DNA of 64,000 nucleotides from an uncultured Eubacteriales bacterium (GCA_902492015.1 CABUJR010000006.1:50421-114420); one strand, 5' to 3'; shown: positions 7,852-19,071, counted from the stretch's first letter. Numbers and translations: made by a program. The notes: generated from the sequence alone by a model not told the origin.

Positions 7852-10296
7852 TTAAAATTTTCCATTTGTGTAATCTGGTCCTTCAAAACAGCTACCTTGT
7901 TTAACAGTATCAATAATTTTTTGAATTTCATCAATATTTTCATCTAAAATATCAATACGGATAGAAGTTGATAAAATATCATCATATTTTACAGATAGTG
8001 TTTTACTATTAAACATTGTTGTTATAGTTGAAGTATTATCAGGTAAAATTCTAAACTTAAATCCTAATCTATCTTTTAAATAAAAGATATTATTATTTTT
8101 GCAAAGCTGTTTACAATCTTTATAACATCTGTTAGATTCTCCAAGATAACAATAATTATTTGTCATAACAGGTATTTTTCCATAAACGATTACTTCTGAA
8201 AGTATGCAAGATTTATTTAATACATCATTTATTTCAAATTTATTTAATTCTGGTGAAACAGTATATGCAGAAAAACCTAATTCTTTTAATTTATTTATAG
8301 AATAATTGTTATAAATATTCAAAGTAAAGTTTCCAATGTTTTCTAATTCTAAATCAGATATTTTTTCTAATTGAGATAAATGAGATACAATAAATCCTTT
8401 TATAGAAAAACTTTGTTTAATTTTTTTAAAATCTATATATTTTAGTTTATTATCTTTTATAATGTTCGGAAGATATATGTAAGTATTAAACCTATTTGCA
8501 AGTGATTTAAGTAGGTTTTCATAGTTTTTATCTAAAAAATAATTTAAAGGTATGTAAAGTCTATCTATATTTGATATTTCTAAATAATTAATATCTAATT
8601 TTAATATATTTAAAAGTAGAGATATTTTCTTAGATTTAGAATTATCTAGTAGAGTAGGAGATACATATTGAAGTTCTACATTTTCTAAATTATGCTTATA
8701 TTTATTTAAAACTAATTCTTCTAAAGCATTTAAAACCTTTCTTCTTAGTTCATTAAGAGCTCCAGTTTGTACAAATAAATTTTTATCTAAATTAACAAAA
8801 AGGTTTTCAAATTCAAATTCAGTATTTCCAGTTTTGGAAATTTGCTCTATAAGCTTATCTTTTGTAAGTGGTTGTCTTAAAGCTTTTTGAGGTATAGTAG
8901 AAGTAGTTAAATTCACTTCTAAATCTTTATAAAAACCATCATCTGACCAGACTTTAAGAGAGATTGGAGTTTTTGATTTTACAGTAATTTCTCCATTTAT
9001 TTTGACTTTTTTTAAGTTTTTATCTTCTTTAAAAGAAGGAGCTATGTATTTATTTAATTTTGAATCTTCTATTTTATATATTTTAGAACCAGTATATATT
9101 TTGCCTTTCATTCTACCAATTTTTACAGTATGTCCAGCATCTAGACTTTCATAATTTTGGTTATTTATCATCAATTCAGAAATAGTATAATTTTCATCAT
9201 TAATAGAAATTTTATCTCCAATAGATAAAGAATTTTCAAGAGTTAAAGTTATGTGTCCTTTATTTTCATTTATATTAGAAATAGTTCCAACATAAATACC
9301 CATATTATTTGGCTTTTCTTTGAAAATAATATTTTTATTAGGTGAAGAACTAAAATGTCCACTAGAAAATCCTCCACGATTAAATACTTGAGTTATTTCT
9401 TCTTTATCAGATAGCCCAGTTTCATTATTTATACTTTCTAAGTTTTTATTTATTAATTGTTTTAAAGTTTCATTATCTAAATTCATATTGTTAAAAATTA
9501 AATCAATATATTTTCTATAAAATCTTGTAACAACAGCAACATAAGTTGGAGTTTTCATTCGTCCTTCTATTTTTAAAGAAGATATACCTGATTTTATAAG
9601 TTCAGGTAAAAAAGTGACTCCAAAATTATCTCTAGGACTAAGAATGTATCCTTTATTTAGAACTAATTCTTTATTATCTGCCTCTTCAATAAGTTCATAT
9701 TGCAATCTACATGGTTGTGCACAAAGTCCGCGATTACCAGAACGACCACCTATCATACTAGAAAGTAAGCATTGCCCAGAATATGAAATACAAAGAGCTC
9801 CATGAATAAAAATTTCAAGTTCTAGTTTTGTGTTTTCACGAATATACTGAATTTCTTCTAAAGAAAGTTCACGAGAAAGTACAACTCTAGAGAAACCAGC
9901 TTTCTCGAGTTGATTAACACCGTCTAAATTATGAACTGTCATTTGCGTACTAGCATGTAATGGTATTTCTGGATGATTTTTATGCAAATAGCCTGCAAGT
10001 CCTAAATCTTGAACAATAATTGCATCTACTCCAAAATTATAAGCATTTATGGCTAAGTTTACAGCCTGATTAAATTCATCATTTTTTAACAAAGTATTTA
10101 AAGCAAGATGTACTTTAACATTCCTTAATTTTGCATAACAGATTGCCTCATATAATTCATTATTATCAAAATTTTTTGCTCTAGCTCTGGCACTAAATGT
10201 AGAAGCACCTAAATAAACGGCGTCAGCTCCATTTTGTACAGCAGCTTTTAGACACTCAAAGTCTCCAACAGGAGATAGTAATTCTATTTTTTCCAT
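7852..10296 (-). CDS. Peptidase U32 family protein (collagenase-like PrtC, with C-terminal extension)
   Basis: MEKIELLSPVGDFECLKAAVQNGADAVYLG is a U32 N-terminal signature. Start placed at ATG 10296 (RBS aaagga), not at the longer ORF start 10413. Confidence 0.75.
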   Translation of the reverse strand: MEKIELLSPVGDFECLKAAVQNGADAVYLGASTFSARARAKNFDNNELYEAICYAKLRNVKVHLALNTLLKNDEFNQAVNLAINAYNFGVDAIIVQDLGLAGYLHKNHPEIPLHASTQMTVHNLDGVNQLEKAGFSRVVLSRELSLEEIQYIRENTKLELEIFIHGALCISYSGQCLLSSMIGGRSGNRGLCAQPCRLQYELIEEADNKELVLNKGYILSPRDNFGVTFLPELIKSGISSLKIEGRMKTPTYVAVVTRFYRKYIDLIFNNMNLDNETLKQLINKNLESINNETGLSDKEEITQVFNRGGFSSGHFSSSPNKNIIFKEKPNNMGIYVGTISNINENKGHITLTLENSLSIGDKISINDENYTISELMINNQNYESLDAGHTVKIGRMKGKIYTGSKIYKIEDSKLNKYIAPSFKEDKNLKKVKINGEITVKSKTPISLKVWSDDGFYKDLEVNLTTSTIPQKALRQPLTKDKLIEQISKTGNTEFEFENLFVNLDKNLFVQTGALNELRRKVLNALEELVLNKYKHNLENVELQYVSPTLLDNSKSKKISLLLNILKLDINYLEISNIDRLYIPLNYFLDKNYENLLKSLANRFNTYIYLPNIIKDNKLKYIDFKKIKQSFSIKGFIVSHLSQLEKISDLELENIGNFTLNIYNNYSINKLKELGFSAYTVSPELNKFEINDVLNKSCILSEVIVYGKIPVMTNNYCYLGESNRCYKDCKQLCKNNNIFYLKDRLGFKFRILPDNTSTITTMFNSKTLSVKYDDILSTSIRIDILDENIDEIQKIIDTVKQGSCFEGPDYTNGKF

Positions 10297-10620
10297 ATTT
10301 ATATATCCTTTCAGGCATTTAACGCAAGTTACATCTATTATTAATATATGTACATATATATAATAACTTAAAAATATTAATATATCAACATATATTATAT
10401 TTTTTTGTAACATTTTGAATACAAAATTTTGTTTGGCTTGGCTGTTAGAACAAGTAAAATTTATTATATAGCTGTATATAAAGCGATAATCTAGTAAGAT
10501 GAGTATTTAAGAAAAAAACATTTTGTTGGATATATCACATATGAACTCGACGTGGTAACAGATGGAAATGTTAAGAAGCTTAAAGAGGAAGACTAGGATA
10601 TAAAAAAGTAAAAGAAGAGT

Positions 10621-10645
10621 AGAGCAGATTTCTCGTCTGCTCTAT
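10621..10645 (-). terminator. Terminator for 10667-11455 gene
   Basis: agagcaga...tctgctct hairpin with a T-run on the minus strand. Confidence 0.6.
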
Positions 10646-10666
10646 AAAATATTTGCCATATAAAAT

Positions 10667-11455
10667 TTAATTAGTATCTTTTGAAGAGTTATTTATTATT
10701 GTCTCCTTCATTTCATCACTTAACTCTAAAGAATCTTCAAGGGTATCAAATTGATATCCAGTATATATTTTTGAATATTCTAATTTATTATGATTATTGT
10801 AGTGTTCTTCTTTATTCAATAAACCATTATATGTATTAATATATATTAAAATTTTTTCATAAGTTTCATTACCATTTGTACTTAATCCATCGTTATCTTC
10901 AAATATAAAATCATTATAGTTAAAATCAATTTTTATTATTTTAGTTGGATTTAATAAAAATGAGATATTATAAAATTTTTTTAAGTTTTTATTCACTAAC
11001 TCATAAGGAGAGCTAGATTCATAAGAAAAGCCTTCTTCATAATTGTAATCATGAGTTAAATCTTCAATGCTAGTTAAACCTTGGGCCTCATTAAAGTCAT
11101 AACAATCAGTGTAGCTAGCTTTATTTTCAGGATTTGTATAATACCAAGAATTGACAACTTTATGATAATTAGTTATCGAACATTCAGAAGAAATATCATT
11201 TTTAAATTGAATATTGCTTTCTGTGAAAGATGGTTTATGTATAATTTCATCGTTTTCAATATCAATAGAAGTTATATCAAAATATGCATTACACAAATAC
11301 ATATAATTATTGGAATCCTTTATTTTCCCAATTTTGAAAGATATATAACTCATAATAAAAGCTTTATAAATTATTGTTAAAAAATATAAAATAAGTAATA
11401 TCAAGATTATATTTCTAATTAATTTTAATATACTAAATTTTTTATTCTTTTCCAT
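10667..11455 (-). CDS. Hypothetical membrane-anchored protein
   Basis: 262-aa ORF with an N-terminal TM helix. No recognisable domains. Confidence 0.45.
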   Translation of the reverse strand: MEKNKKFSILKLIRNIILILLILYFLTIIYKAFIMSYISFKIGKIKDSNNYMYLCNAYFDITSIDIENDEIIHKPSFTESNIQFKNDISSECSITNYHKVVNSWYYTNPENKASYTDCYDFNEAQGLTSIEDLTHDYNYEEGFSYESSSPYELVNKNLKKFYNISFLLNPTKIIKIDFNYNDFIFEDNDGLSTNGNETYEKILIYINTYNGLLNKEEHYNNHNKLEYSKIYTGYQFDTLEDSLELSDEMKETIINNSSKDTN

Positions 11456-11646
11456 ATAAATTTCCTCCTTTGTATAAAGAGTCTACATATATATTATACC
11501 ACAATCGGCTTGAAATAGCAAATTATAGAGAGTTTAGAAACATTTAAATAGATTAAAAAATTAATAAATATAAAACTAAAAAATAAGGTTTACAAATTAT
11601 AATTTTATATATAAAATAGATTATATTTGAAAGGTAGGTAATTAAT

Positions 11647-13359
11647 TTGGGAATAGGAAGAAGAGAGGTAGAAAGAAAAGATAGAAAAGTTAATATATTA
11701 AAAATACTTATAGTTATAATACTTATAGTAGCTGTAATTGTTGGAATATATTTTCTTGTAAAAAATCTTGGAAAACAAAGCAATGAGGATTATAATAAAA
11801 AAATTGAAGATGCTTTAGTTGAAGAGGTTGAAGAAGTAGAAAAGAAAACTATTGAAGAAATAGTATCAGAATTTGGCGGAGAAATAAAAGAACAAGTAAA
11901 TGATGATACATATTATATTATGAAAGATGGAAAAGAATATACTGCATACCTAGATGGAGATGTAGTAGAAGGAAGAATTGCAATTTGGAATGGTACTGCA
12001 AGTCAACCTGCTGTTGACGAGGCAGGAAATTTAAATATTTATAATGCAGAAGAATTAAAATGGGTTGCAGATCAAGTTATTTCTGGTGCTAAAAATTTTA
12101 GTGGTGTAACAATTACTTTAAGACAACATATAGATTTAAGTGGAAGAAAAAATGATGATGGTAGTTGGTCTGGTACTATTTGGACACCAATAGTTGGTTT
12201 TTTAGATGAATTACCAAAAACTGAAGATACAAATCAAACACAAAATCAAGTAGTAGAAGACACAACAGTTCAAGATGATTCTGTTAATATAACTAAGGAA
12301 AATTTAAAAAGATTTGCTGGTGTATTTAATGGCAATGGATTTTCTATAAGAGGGTTAAATATTGATTCAGATAAAAGATATGAAGGTTTATTTGGATTTA
12401 ATGCAGGTATAATTTCAAACTTAACAATTAAAAATAGTAACATCAAAGGTGGCACAGGAGTCGGAGCAATAGCAGGTTTGAACAGTGGAACAATAGAAAA
12501 TTGTTATCTTGAAAATGTTGAAGTTAAAGGTAATGAAAAAGTTGGTGGGTTTGCTGGAATTAGTATGGAAAATTCTAGAATAGATGGTTGCAATATAACT
12601 GGAGATAATACTTTTGTTTATGCTGACAAATATGCTGGCGGAATTATTGGTTATACAAATAATAATGCAACAATATTAAACTGTTCTAATAGAGCAAATG
12701 TTACTGGAAAAGATTATGTTGGAGGAATTTCAGGAATTATATTCTATGGTACTACAGTTCAAAGTTCTTCTAATATGGCTATAAATGTTGTTGGTGAAAA
12801 TTATGTTGGAGGTATAGCTGGTTATTCTCTAGCTCAAATTCAAAATAGCTATAATCACAATTCAGAAGACAAAAAAGGTATTGTAAGTGGAAATAATTAT
12901 GTTGGTGGAATAGTGGGATTAAATTATACCATGGGAAATATAACAGATTCTTATAATAGTGGAGAAATAATTATAAAAGCAGATAATGGCGGAGGTATTG
13001 CAGGATTAAATAATGCAAGCATTAGCAATACATATAACACAGGAAAAATAACTGCTGAAGAAGCAACTGGAATTAAGATAGGAGGCATCTGTGGTCAAAA
13101 CATATCTGAAAGCTATATATATACTTCTTATAATATTGGCGATATAATTGTAAAAAATGCTGGTGATGGAGTTGTTGGAGCAAATTTCGGAACAATAGAA
13201 AACTGTTTTTATCTAGATACTACAATTAATTCACAAAATACAGAAAATGCTAAGACTGATAATGATATGAAAACTGGTATTTTATCAAATTTAGGAGAAT
13301 CATTTAAAGAAGATGCTGAAAATAAAAATTCAGGTTATCCAATACTTGCATGGCAATAA
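11647..13359 (+). CDS. Membrane-anchored surface protein with tandem (Y)VGG(I)xG repeats (GLUG-like beta-helix repeats)
   Basis: TTG start with RBS aggtagg. N-terminal TM helix. At least 8 repeats of type NYVGGIAG / DYVGGISG / KVGGFAGI. Confidence 0.6.
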   Translation: MGIGRREVERKDRKVNILKILIVIILIVAVIVGIYFLVKNLGKQSNEDYNKKIEDALVEEVEEVEKKTIEEIVSEFGGEIKEQVNDDTYYIMKDGKEYTAYLDGDVVEGRIAIWNGTASQPAVDEAGNLNIYNAEELKWVADQVISGAKNFSGVTITLRQHIDLSGRKNDDGSWSGTIWTPIVGFLDELPKTEDTNQTQNQVVEDTTVQDDSVNITKENLKRFAGVFNGNGFSIRGLNIDSDKRYEGLFGFNAGIISNLTIKNSNIKGGTGVGAIAGLNSGTIENCYLENVEVKGNEKVGGFAGISMENSRIDGCNITGDNTFVYADKYAGGIIGYTNNNATILNCSNRANVTGKDYVGGISGIIFYGTTVQSSSNMAINVVGENYVGGIAGYSLAQIQNSYNHNSEDKKGIVSGNNYVGGIVGLNYTMGNITDSYNSGEIIIKADNGGGIAGLNNASISNTYNTGKITAEEATGIKIGGICGQNISESYIYTSYNIGDIIVKNAGDGVVGANFGTIENCFYLDTTINSQNTENAKTDNDMKTGILSNLGESFKEDAENKNSGYPILAWQ

Positions 13360-13453
13360 TAAAAAATTTAAAAGTTTGAATTTTACATATTAATAAATTT
13401 AAGAAAAAAGTCGAAAAATAGAGAAAAAACTTTTATAAAACTTTAAAAAAAGC

Positions 13454-13482
13454 TTGCAATTACTGGAAAATAAGTATATAAT
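13454..13482 (+). promoter_or_regulatory. Consensus sigma-A promoter of the rimP-nusA-infB operon (TTGCAA-17-TATAAT)
   Basis: TTGCAA at 13454-13459, 17-nt spacer, TATAAT at 13477-13482. Confidence 0.6.
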
Positions 13483-13509
13483 ATTAATGTCTTAAAATAA
13501 TGTGCTAGA

Positions 13510-13532
13510 AGAGTGGGAGCAAATCCCACTCT
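13510..13532 (+). promoter_or_regulatory. Perfect 9-bp leader hairpin (agagtggga-gcaaa-tcccactct) upstream of rimP
   Basis: Inverted repeat in the predicted 5' leader. No T-run follows. Confidence 0.5.
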
Positions 13533-13567
13533 TTACTAATGTAATCAAGCTTTTAGGAGGTGAAATC

Positions 13568-14029
13568 TTGGCATCAAATAATATAGAAACAAAAGTACAA
13601 AATCTTTTGGAAAATATTATAGAAAATTTAGGTTATGAGTTATATGATGTTAGGTATGAAAAAGAAGGAAAAGATTATTACTTAAGAATAATAATAGATA
13701 AACCAGAAGGAATAGATATTAATGATTGTGAAAGAGTAAACAATGAAATTAATGATGTTTTAGACAAAGCAGATTATATTAAAGAACAATACTTTTTAGA
13801 AGTATCTTCCCCAGGACTTGAAAGAGTTTTAAGAAAAGAAAAACATTTTTTGAGTCAAATAGGAAATGAGATAGTAGTAAAACTTTTTAAACCTATAAAC
13901 AAACAAAAAGAATTAGTTGGTATTTTACAAGAATATAACAATAATGAAATTACTTTAAAACAAGAAGAGGAATTAATTAAAATAAATTTAAAGGATATAG
14001 CTCTTGTTAAAACCACTTTTGAGTGGTAA
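13568..14029 (+). CDS. rimP: Ribosome maturation factor RimP
   Basis: LYDVRYEKEGKDYYLRIIIDKPEGIDINDCERVN is a RimP signature. TTG start with a perfect GGAGGTG RBS. The alternative GTG at 13502 would include the leader hairpin. Confidence 0.8.
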   Translation: MASNNIETKVQNLLENIIENLGYELYDVRYEKEGKDYYLRIIIDKPEGIDINDCERVNNEINDVLDKADYIKEQYFLEVSSPGLERVLRKEKHFLSQIGNEIVVKLFKPINKQKELVGILQEYNNNEITLKQEEELIKINLKDIALVKTTFEW

Positions 14030-14086
14030 AAGATAAATTAAGTAACTAAAATTTTATAAAAAGTGTTTCAAGAAAGGAAATGAAAA

Positions 14087-15226
14087 ATGAAAAAAGTTGA
14101 TGTAAAAGAAATAATTGAAGTTATGGATGAATTAGAAAAAGAAAGAGGAATAAGCAAAGACTATCTTGTATCAGCTTTGGAAGAAGCTTTAGTAAAAGCT
14201 TATAAACAAAATTTTGATGCAGATGAAAATGCTGAAAATGTTAAAGTTACTATAGACAAATCAACAGGTGAAATGCATATTTATTCTGCAAGAGAAGTGG
14301 TTTCTGAATTACCTGTACCAGAACTTGAAATTAGCCTAGAGGATGCTCAAAAAATTGATAAAAATTATAATGTTGGTGATATTGTAAACATCGAAATCGA
14401 GCCTAAAGATTTTGGTAGAATTGCTGCGCAAAAGGCAAAACAAGTAGTTGTTCAAAAAATAAGAGAAGCTGAAAAAGATATGATTTTCACAGAATTTAAT
14501 GATAAAAAAGGAGAAATTGTTTCTGGAATAATCCAAAAAGCTGACGGAAAAATTGTTGTTATGGATTTAGGAAAATTGGAAGGAGTAATGCCTTTAAAAG
14601 AACAGATTCCTACAGAAACATATAGAGTAAATGATAAAATAAGAGGATATGTTTTAGAAGTAGAAAAAGGATTAAAAGGAACACCACAAGTAATTGTTTC
14701 TAGAAGTCATCCAGATTTTGTAAGAAAATTATTTGAATTTGAAATTCCAGAGATATATGAAGGCTTAATTGAAATTAAAAGTGTTTCAAGAGATCCTGGT
14801 TCAAGAAGTAAAGTTGCAGTATATTCAAGAGATGAAAATATAGATCCTGTTGGATCTTGTGTAGGTCAAAAAGGTGTAAGAATTCAAAATATAATAAACG
14901 AGTTAAACGGAGAAAAAATTGATGTTATAGAATGGAATGAAGATCCAGCAATTTATATAGCAGCAGCTTTACTTCCAGCACAAGTTATGGCTGTTGATAT
15001 TAAAGAAGATGAAAAATTTGCCCAAGTAATTGTTCCAGATGATCAATTATCTTTAGCTATAGGTAAATCAGGACAAAATGCAAGACTTGCAGCAAGACTT
15101 ACAAACTGGAAAATAGATATTAAATCAGAATCTCAAATTAGAGAAATTTTACTAAACCAAATGCAAGAAGAAAATGAAGAAGCAGAAAATAATGAAGAAA
15201 ACAGTTCAAAAGATAGTGAAGAATAA
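14087..15226 (+). CDS. nusA: Transcription termination/antitermination factor NusA
   Basis: S1 and KH domain motifs (GSCVGQKGVRIQNI), with an acidic C-terminus. Confidence 0.92.
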   Translation: MKKVDVKEIIEVMDELEKERGISKDYLVSALEEALVKAYKQNFDADENAENVKVTIDKSTGEMHIYSAREVVSELPVPELEISLEDAQKIDKNYNVGDIVNIEIEPKDFGRIAAQKAKQVVVQKIREAEKDMIFTEFNDKKGEIVSGIIQKADGKIVVMDLGKLEGVMPLKEQIPTETYRVNDKIRGYVLEVEKGLKGTPQVIVSRSHPDFVRKLFEFEIPEIYEGLIEIKSVSRDPGSRSKVAVYSRDENIDPVGSCVGQKGVRIQNIINELNGEKIDVIEWNEDPAIYIAAALLPAQVMAVDIKEDEKFAQVIVPDDQLSLAIGKSGQNARLAARLTNWKIDIKSESQIREILLNQMQEENEEAENNEENSSKDSEE

Positions 15227-15274
15227 GCAGTATTTATGAAATAAGAAACAAAAATGAGAATAATTTATTAGGAT

Positions 15275-15550
15275 GTGATTGTTTTGATAAATAAAAAAAA
15301 ACCAGAAAGAACTTGTATAGTTTGTAATGAGCAAAAGGAAAAAAGAGAACTTTTGAGAATTGTTAAATCTAAAGATGGAATTATAGAAGTAGATTTAACA
15401 GGAAAGAAAAATGGTAGAGGAGCTTATATTTGTAAAAAAGAGGAATGCTTAGAAAAATTAATAAAAACCAAAAAACTAGAAAAAGTATTTGAAACAGAGA
15501 TAAGCTCAGAATTATATGAAAATATAAGAGGTGTAATTATTGGTAAATAA
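15275..15550 (+). CDS. ylxR: YlxR/RnpM family RNA-binding protein (DUF448)
   Basis: RTCIVCNEQKEKRELLRIV motif. Conserved position between nusA and ylxQ. Confidence 0.8.
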   Translation: MIVLINKKKPERTCIVCNEQKEKRELLRIVKSKDGIIEVDLTGKKNGRGAYICKKEECLEKLIKTKKLEKVFETEISSELYENIRGVIIGK

Positions 15551-15848
15551 AGTATATGGACTTCTCGGAATTGCATCTAAAGCAGGAAAAGTGATTTCAG
15601 GAACAGATATTATTTTAGAAAAGATGACAAGAAAAAAAGTTAAACTTGTTATTATTGCAGAAGATGCTTCAGAAAAAACTATTAAAAACATGAAGTATTA
15701 TTGTAACAAAGAAAATGTGGAAGTAATTGTATATGGTAATATTTCAGAAAATAGTAAAGCAATAGGAAAAAATAACAGAGCGACTATAGGTATTATAGAT
15801 CAAAATTTAGCTGATGCTATTAAAAAACTAATTCATGGAGGTGAATAA
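15540..15848 (+). CDS. ylxQ: L7Ae-family ribosomal-like protein YlxQ
   Basis: GLLGIASKAGKVISG is an L7Ae signature. Overlaps the ylxR stop. Confidence 0.8.
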   Translation: MVNKVYGLLGIASKAGKVISGTDIILEKMTRKKVKLVIIAEDASEKTIKNMKYYCNKENVEVIVYGNISENSKAIGKNNRATIGIIDQNLADAIKKLIHGGE

Positions 15849-15925
15849 TTTGGAAAAAATTAAAATTCATGAACTGGCTAAAAAGTTAAATGTAGAAACA
15901 AAAAAAGTTTTAGAAGTAGCGAGAA

Positions 15926-18679
15926 ATGCTCGGAATTGAAGTTAAAAGCCACTTAAGTTCAGTTACAGAAGACGAGATGAAAAAAATAGAAAAATTATTA
16001 AATAATAAAGGAGTTTCGAAAACAAAATCTATGGAAAATAAGAAAGAAAAAAATGAAGGACCAGTAATCATTAGAAGAGCAGTAATTATTAATGATGAAG
16101 AAGAAAAACAAGAAGAGAAAAAAAGAAAAGAACAAGCAAGAAAAAAAGATGTAGGATTTATCGAAAACAAGAGAAATAAGGATTATAACATCGTTTATAG
16201 AGATAAGCCAACAAAACCACTTACAGTAAGTGAATTATTAGGTATTGGAAAGAAAAAAGAAGAGAAACCTGAAAAAGCACAAGAAAAAGAGAAAGTTCAG
16301 GTTGAAGAAAAAGTTGTAACTCCAAAAGTAGAAGAGAAAGCTTCTGAAAAAGTAACTTCAGAAACTTCTGTTAATGATGTAAAAAATAAAGCAGAGGTAA
16401 ATTCTGATAAAAAGTTTGAAAATAAAAAAGAAGTAAATAATTTTAATAAATCAAATTATAATAAAGAAAGAAATAATAATTTTTCTAATAAGAGAAACTT
16501 CAATAATAATGGAAATGATCAAAAAAATAATTTCAATAAAAGAGATAATAATCAAGGACGTTCAAATAACGGATCACAAAGAAGATTAGATGATAGAGGA
16601 ATAGATAGAAAAATTAAAAATATCATGGAAGTTGATATTCCTACAGAAAAAGAAAATGTTAGAGACTTTACTAGCAATAAAGCTAAAGATAGAGCAAAGC
16701 AAAATAGACAAGAAGAATCTAAAAATAATAAGAAAGCAAATAATCGTAGAAATAATGATAATGACTTTGATTCAGATAAACTAAATAATTTGAAAAAACA
16801 AAATAAATTATCAAATATGTTTAAAGAAGGCGAAATGCTTGATTATTATGATTTAAGTACAGAAAGAGGAAGAAGAGCTAAAAAGAAAAATACAAAACAA
16901 GAAAATAGAACTAAACAAAAAATATTTAAATTAACTGAAATTACTATTCCTGAAACAATTACAGTTAAAGATTTAGCTGCAGAAATGAAAATAACAAGTA
17001 GTGATGTTATTAAAAAATTATTAAATTTAGGAATTATGGCAACAATAAATAATGAACTTGATTTTGATACAGCATATTTAATTGCACAAGAATATGGAAT
17101 AAATGCAACAAAGAAAAATGTTGTTACAGATGAAGATATATTAATAGATGAAACAGAAGACAGAGAAGAAGATTTAAAACCAAGACCACCAGTTATTGTT
17201 GTTATGGGACACGTTGACCATGGTAAAACTTCTTTACTTGATGCAATTAGAAGTACAAATGTAATCGAAGGTGAGTCTGGTGGTATTACACAACACATAG
17301 GTGCATATCAAGTAAAAATTAATGATAGAGATATAACTTTCTTAGATACACCAGGACATGAAGCATTTACTTCAATGCGTGCAAGAGGAGCAATGATAAC
17401 AGATATAGCAATATTAGTAGTTGCTGCAAATGATGGTGTAATGCCTCAAACAGTTGAAGCTATTAATCACGCAAAAGCTGCAGAAATTCCTATTATAGTT
17501 GCTGTAAATAAAATGGATTTACCAGATGCTAATTTTGAAAAAGTACAACAAGAATTAATGAAATATGAATTAGTACCAGAAGAATGGGGTGGAGATACAA
17601 TATATGTTCCTATTTCTGCTAAGAAAAAAGAAGGTATAGATAATCTTCTTGAAATGGTATTATTACAAGCAGATGTATTAGAATTGAAAGCAAACCCAAC
17701 TAAACAAGCTAAAGGTACAGTAATTGAAGCAAAACTAGATAAATCAAGAGGACCAGTTGCAACAGTTCTTGTTCAAAGAGGAAAATTAGATGTTGGAGAT
17801 ACAATTATAGTTGGTTCTTCTATTGGTAGAATTAGAACTATGCAAAATGATAAAGGTAAAAAAGTAAAAGCAGCAGGACCATCTATGCCAGTTGAAATCA
17901 CAGGTTTAACTTCAGTTCCAGAATCAGGAGATATTTTCTATGAAGTTAAAGATGAAAGAACAGCAAAACATTTAATTGAGAAAAGAAAATATGAAAAACA
18001 TCAAAAAGAAATTGGTGCAAATACAGTTGTTACACTTGATGATTTATTTAGTAAAATTGAAAGTGAAAATTTAAAACAATTAAACTTAATTGTTAAAGCA
18101 GATGTTCAAGGTTCTGTTGAAGCTTTAAAACAATCACTTGAAAAATTATCAAATGAAGAAGTAAAAGTAAAAGTTATTCACTCAAATGTTGGTGGAGTAA
18201 CAGAATCTGATGTTACACTTGCAAGAGTATCAGGAGCAATCGTAATTGCATTTAATGTAAGACCAGAAGTGGTTGCAAAATCTATTGCAGATAAAGAAGG
18301 AGTAGAAATTAAACAATATTCTGTAATTTATGATGCAATAAATGATGTTGAAGCTGCAATGAAAGGTATGCTTGATCCTATTTATAAAGAAGTTGTTATT
18401 GGTACAGCAGAAATAAGACAAACATTTAAAGTTTCAAATGTTGGAACAATAGCTGGTTCTTATGTATTAACAGGTAAAGTAGCAAGAAATGCAGGAATAA
18501 GAGTAATTAGAGATAATATAGTTGTTCATGATGGAAAATTAGTATCTTTAAAGAGATTTAAAGATGATGTTAAAGAAGTTGATAAAGGATATGAATGTGG
18601 ACTTCAAATTGATGGATTTAATGATATTAAAGAAGGAGATCAATTAGAAGTATATGTTATGGAACAAGTGAAAAGATAA
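15926..18679 (+). CDS. infB: Translation initiation factor IF-2; N-terminal 29 codons lie in another frame (15850-15939), so the gene looks frameshifted
   Basis: GTPase G-domain ([27 protein letters not shown]). The upstream short frame starts at TTG 15850 with a GGAGGTG RBS and encodes [29 protein letters not shown]. Confidence 0.9.
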   Translation: MLGIEVKSHLSSVTEDEMKKIEKLLNNKGVSKTKSMENKKEKNEGPVIIRRAVIINDEEEKQEEKKRKEQARKKDVGFIENKRNKDYNIVYRDKPTKPLTVSELLGIGKKKEEKPEKAQEKEKVQVEEKVVTPKVEEKASEKVTSETSVNDVKNKAEVNSDKKFENKKEVNNFNKSNYNKERNNNFSNKRNFNNNGNDQKNNFNKRDNNQGRSNNGSQRRLDDRGIDRKIKNIMEVDIPTEKENVRDFTSNKAKDRAKQNRQEESKNNKKANNRRNNDNDFDSDKLNNLKKQNKLSNMFKEGEMLDYYDLSTERGRRAKKKNTKQENRTKQKIFKLTEITIPETITVKDLAAEMKITSSDVIKKLLNLGIMATINNELDFDTAYLIAQEYGINATKKNVVTDEDILIDETEDREEDLKPRPPVIVVMGHVDHGKTSLLDAIRSTNVIEGESGGITQHIGAYQVKINDRDITFLDTPGHEAFTSMRARGAMITDIAILVVAANDGVMPQTVEAINHAKAAEIPIIVAVNKMDLPDANFEKVQQELMKYELVPEEWGGDTIYVPISAKKKEGIDNLLEMVLLQADVLELKANPTKQAKGTVIEAKLDKSRGPVATVLVQRGKLDVGDTIIVGSSIGRIRTMQNDKGKKVKAAGPSMPVEITGLTSVPESGDIFYEVKDERTAKHLIEKRKYEKHQKEIGANTVVTLDDLFSKIESENLKQLNLIVKADVQGSVEALKQSLEKLSNEEVKVKVIHSNVGGVTESDVTLARVSGAIVIAFNVRPEVVAKSIADKEGVEIKQYSVIYDAINDVEAAMKGMLDPIYKEVVIGTAEIRQTFKVSNVGTIAGSYVLTGKVARNAGIRVIRDNIVVHDGKLVSLKRFKDDVKEVDKGYECGLQIDGFNDIKEGDQLEVYVMEQVKR

Positions 18680-18702
18680 TTCCATAAAAAAGGAGAGAAA
18701 TT

Positions 18703-19068
18703 ATGGCATCAAATAGTAATAGAATGAATAAAATAGATGAGGAGATAAAAAAAGAAATTAGTACAATTATTTCTACTGAACTTAAAAACCCTCATTTAAC
18801 AGGATTGATAAGTGTTAGTAAAGTAAAAACTACACCAGATCTTAGATTTGCAAAAGTTTATGTTACAATGATAAATGAAAAGAGTAAAAAGGAAAATTTA
18901 TCTATTTTAAAACAATCTAGTGGATATATTAGAAGTGCAATAGCTAAAAAAATAAATTTAAGATATACACCAGAACTTGTATTTGAATTTGATGAGTCTA
19001 TAGAGTATGGTTCTAGAATAGATGAAATTTTAAAAGATATTACCAAGGATTTAAAAAAAGGAGAATAA
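18703..19068 (+). CDS. rbfA: Ribosome-binding factor A
   Basis: Position after infB, with an RbfA-like sequence (RMNKIDEEIKKEISTII...). Confidence 0.85.
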   Translation: MASNSNRMNKIDEEIKKEISTIISTELKNPHLTGLISVSKVKTTPDLRFAKVYVTMINEKSKKENLSILKQSSGYIRSAIAKKINLRYTPELVFEFDESIEYGSRIDEILKDITKDLKKGE

Positions 19069-19071
19069 TAT

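Noticed and set aside
10414-10620. Small ORF or sRNA in the gap upstream of the U32 peptidase gene
   Set aside because: Only 5-6 codon ATG..stop snippets. No structure beyond the 10621 terminator.
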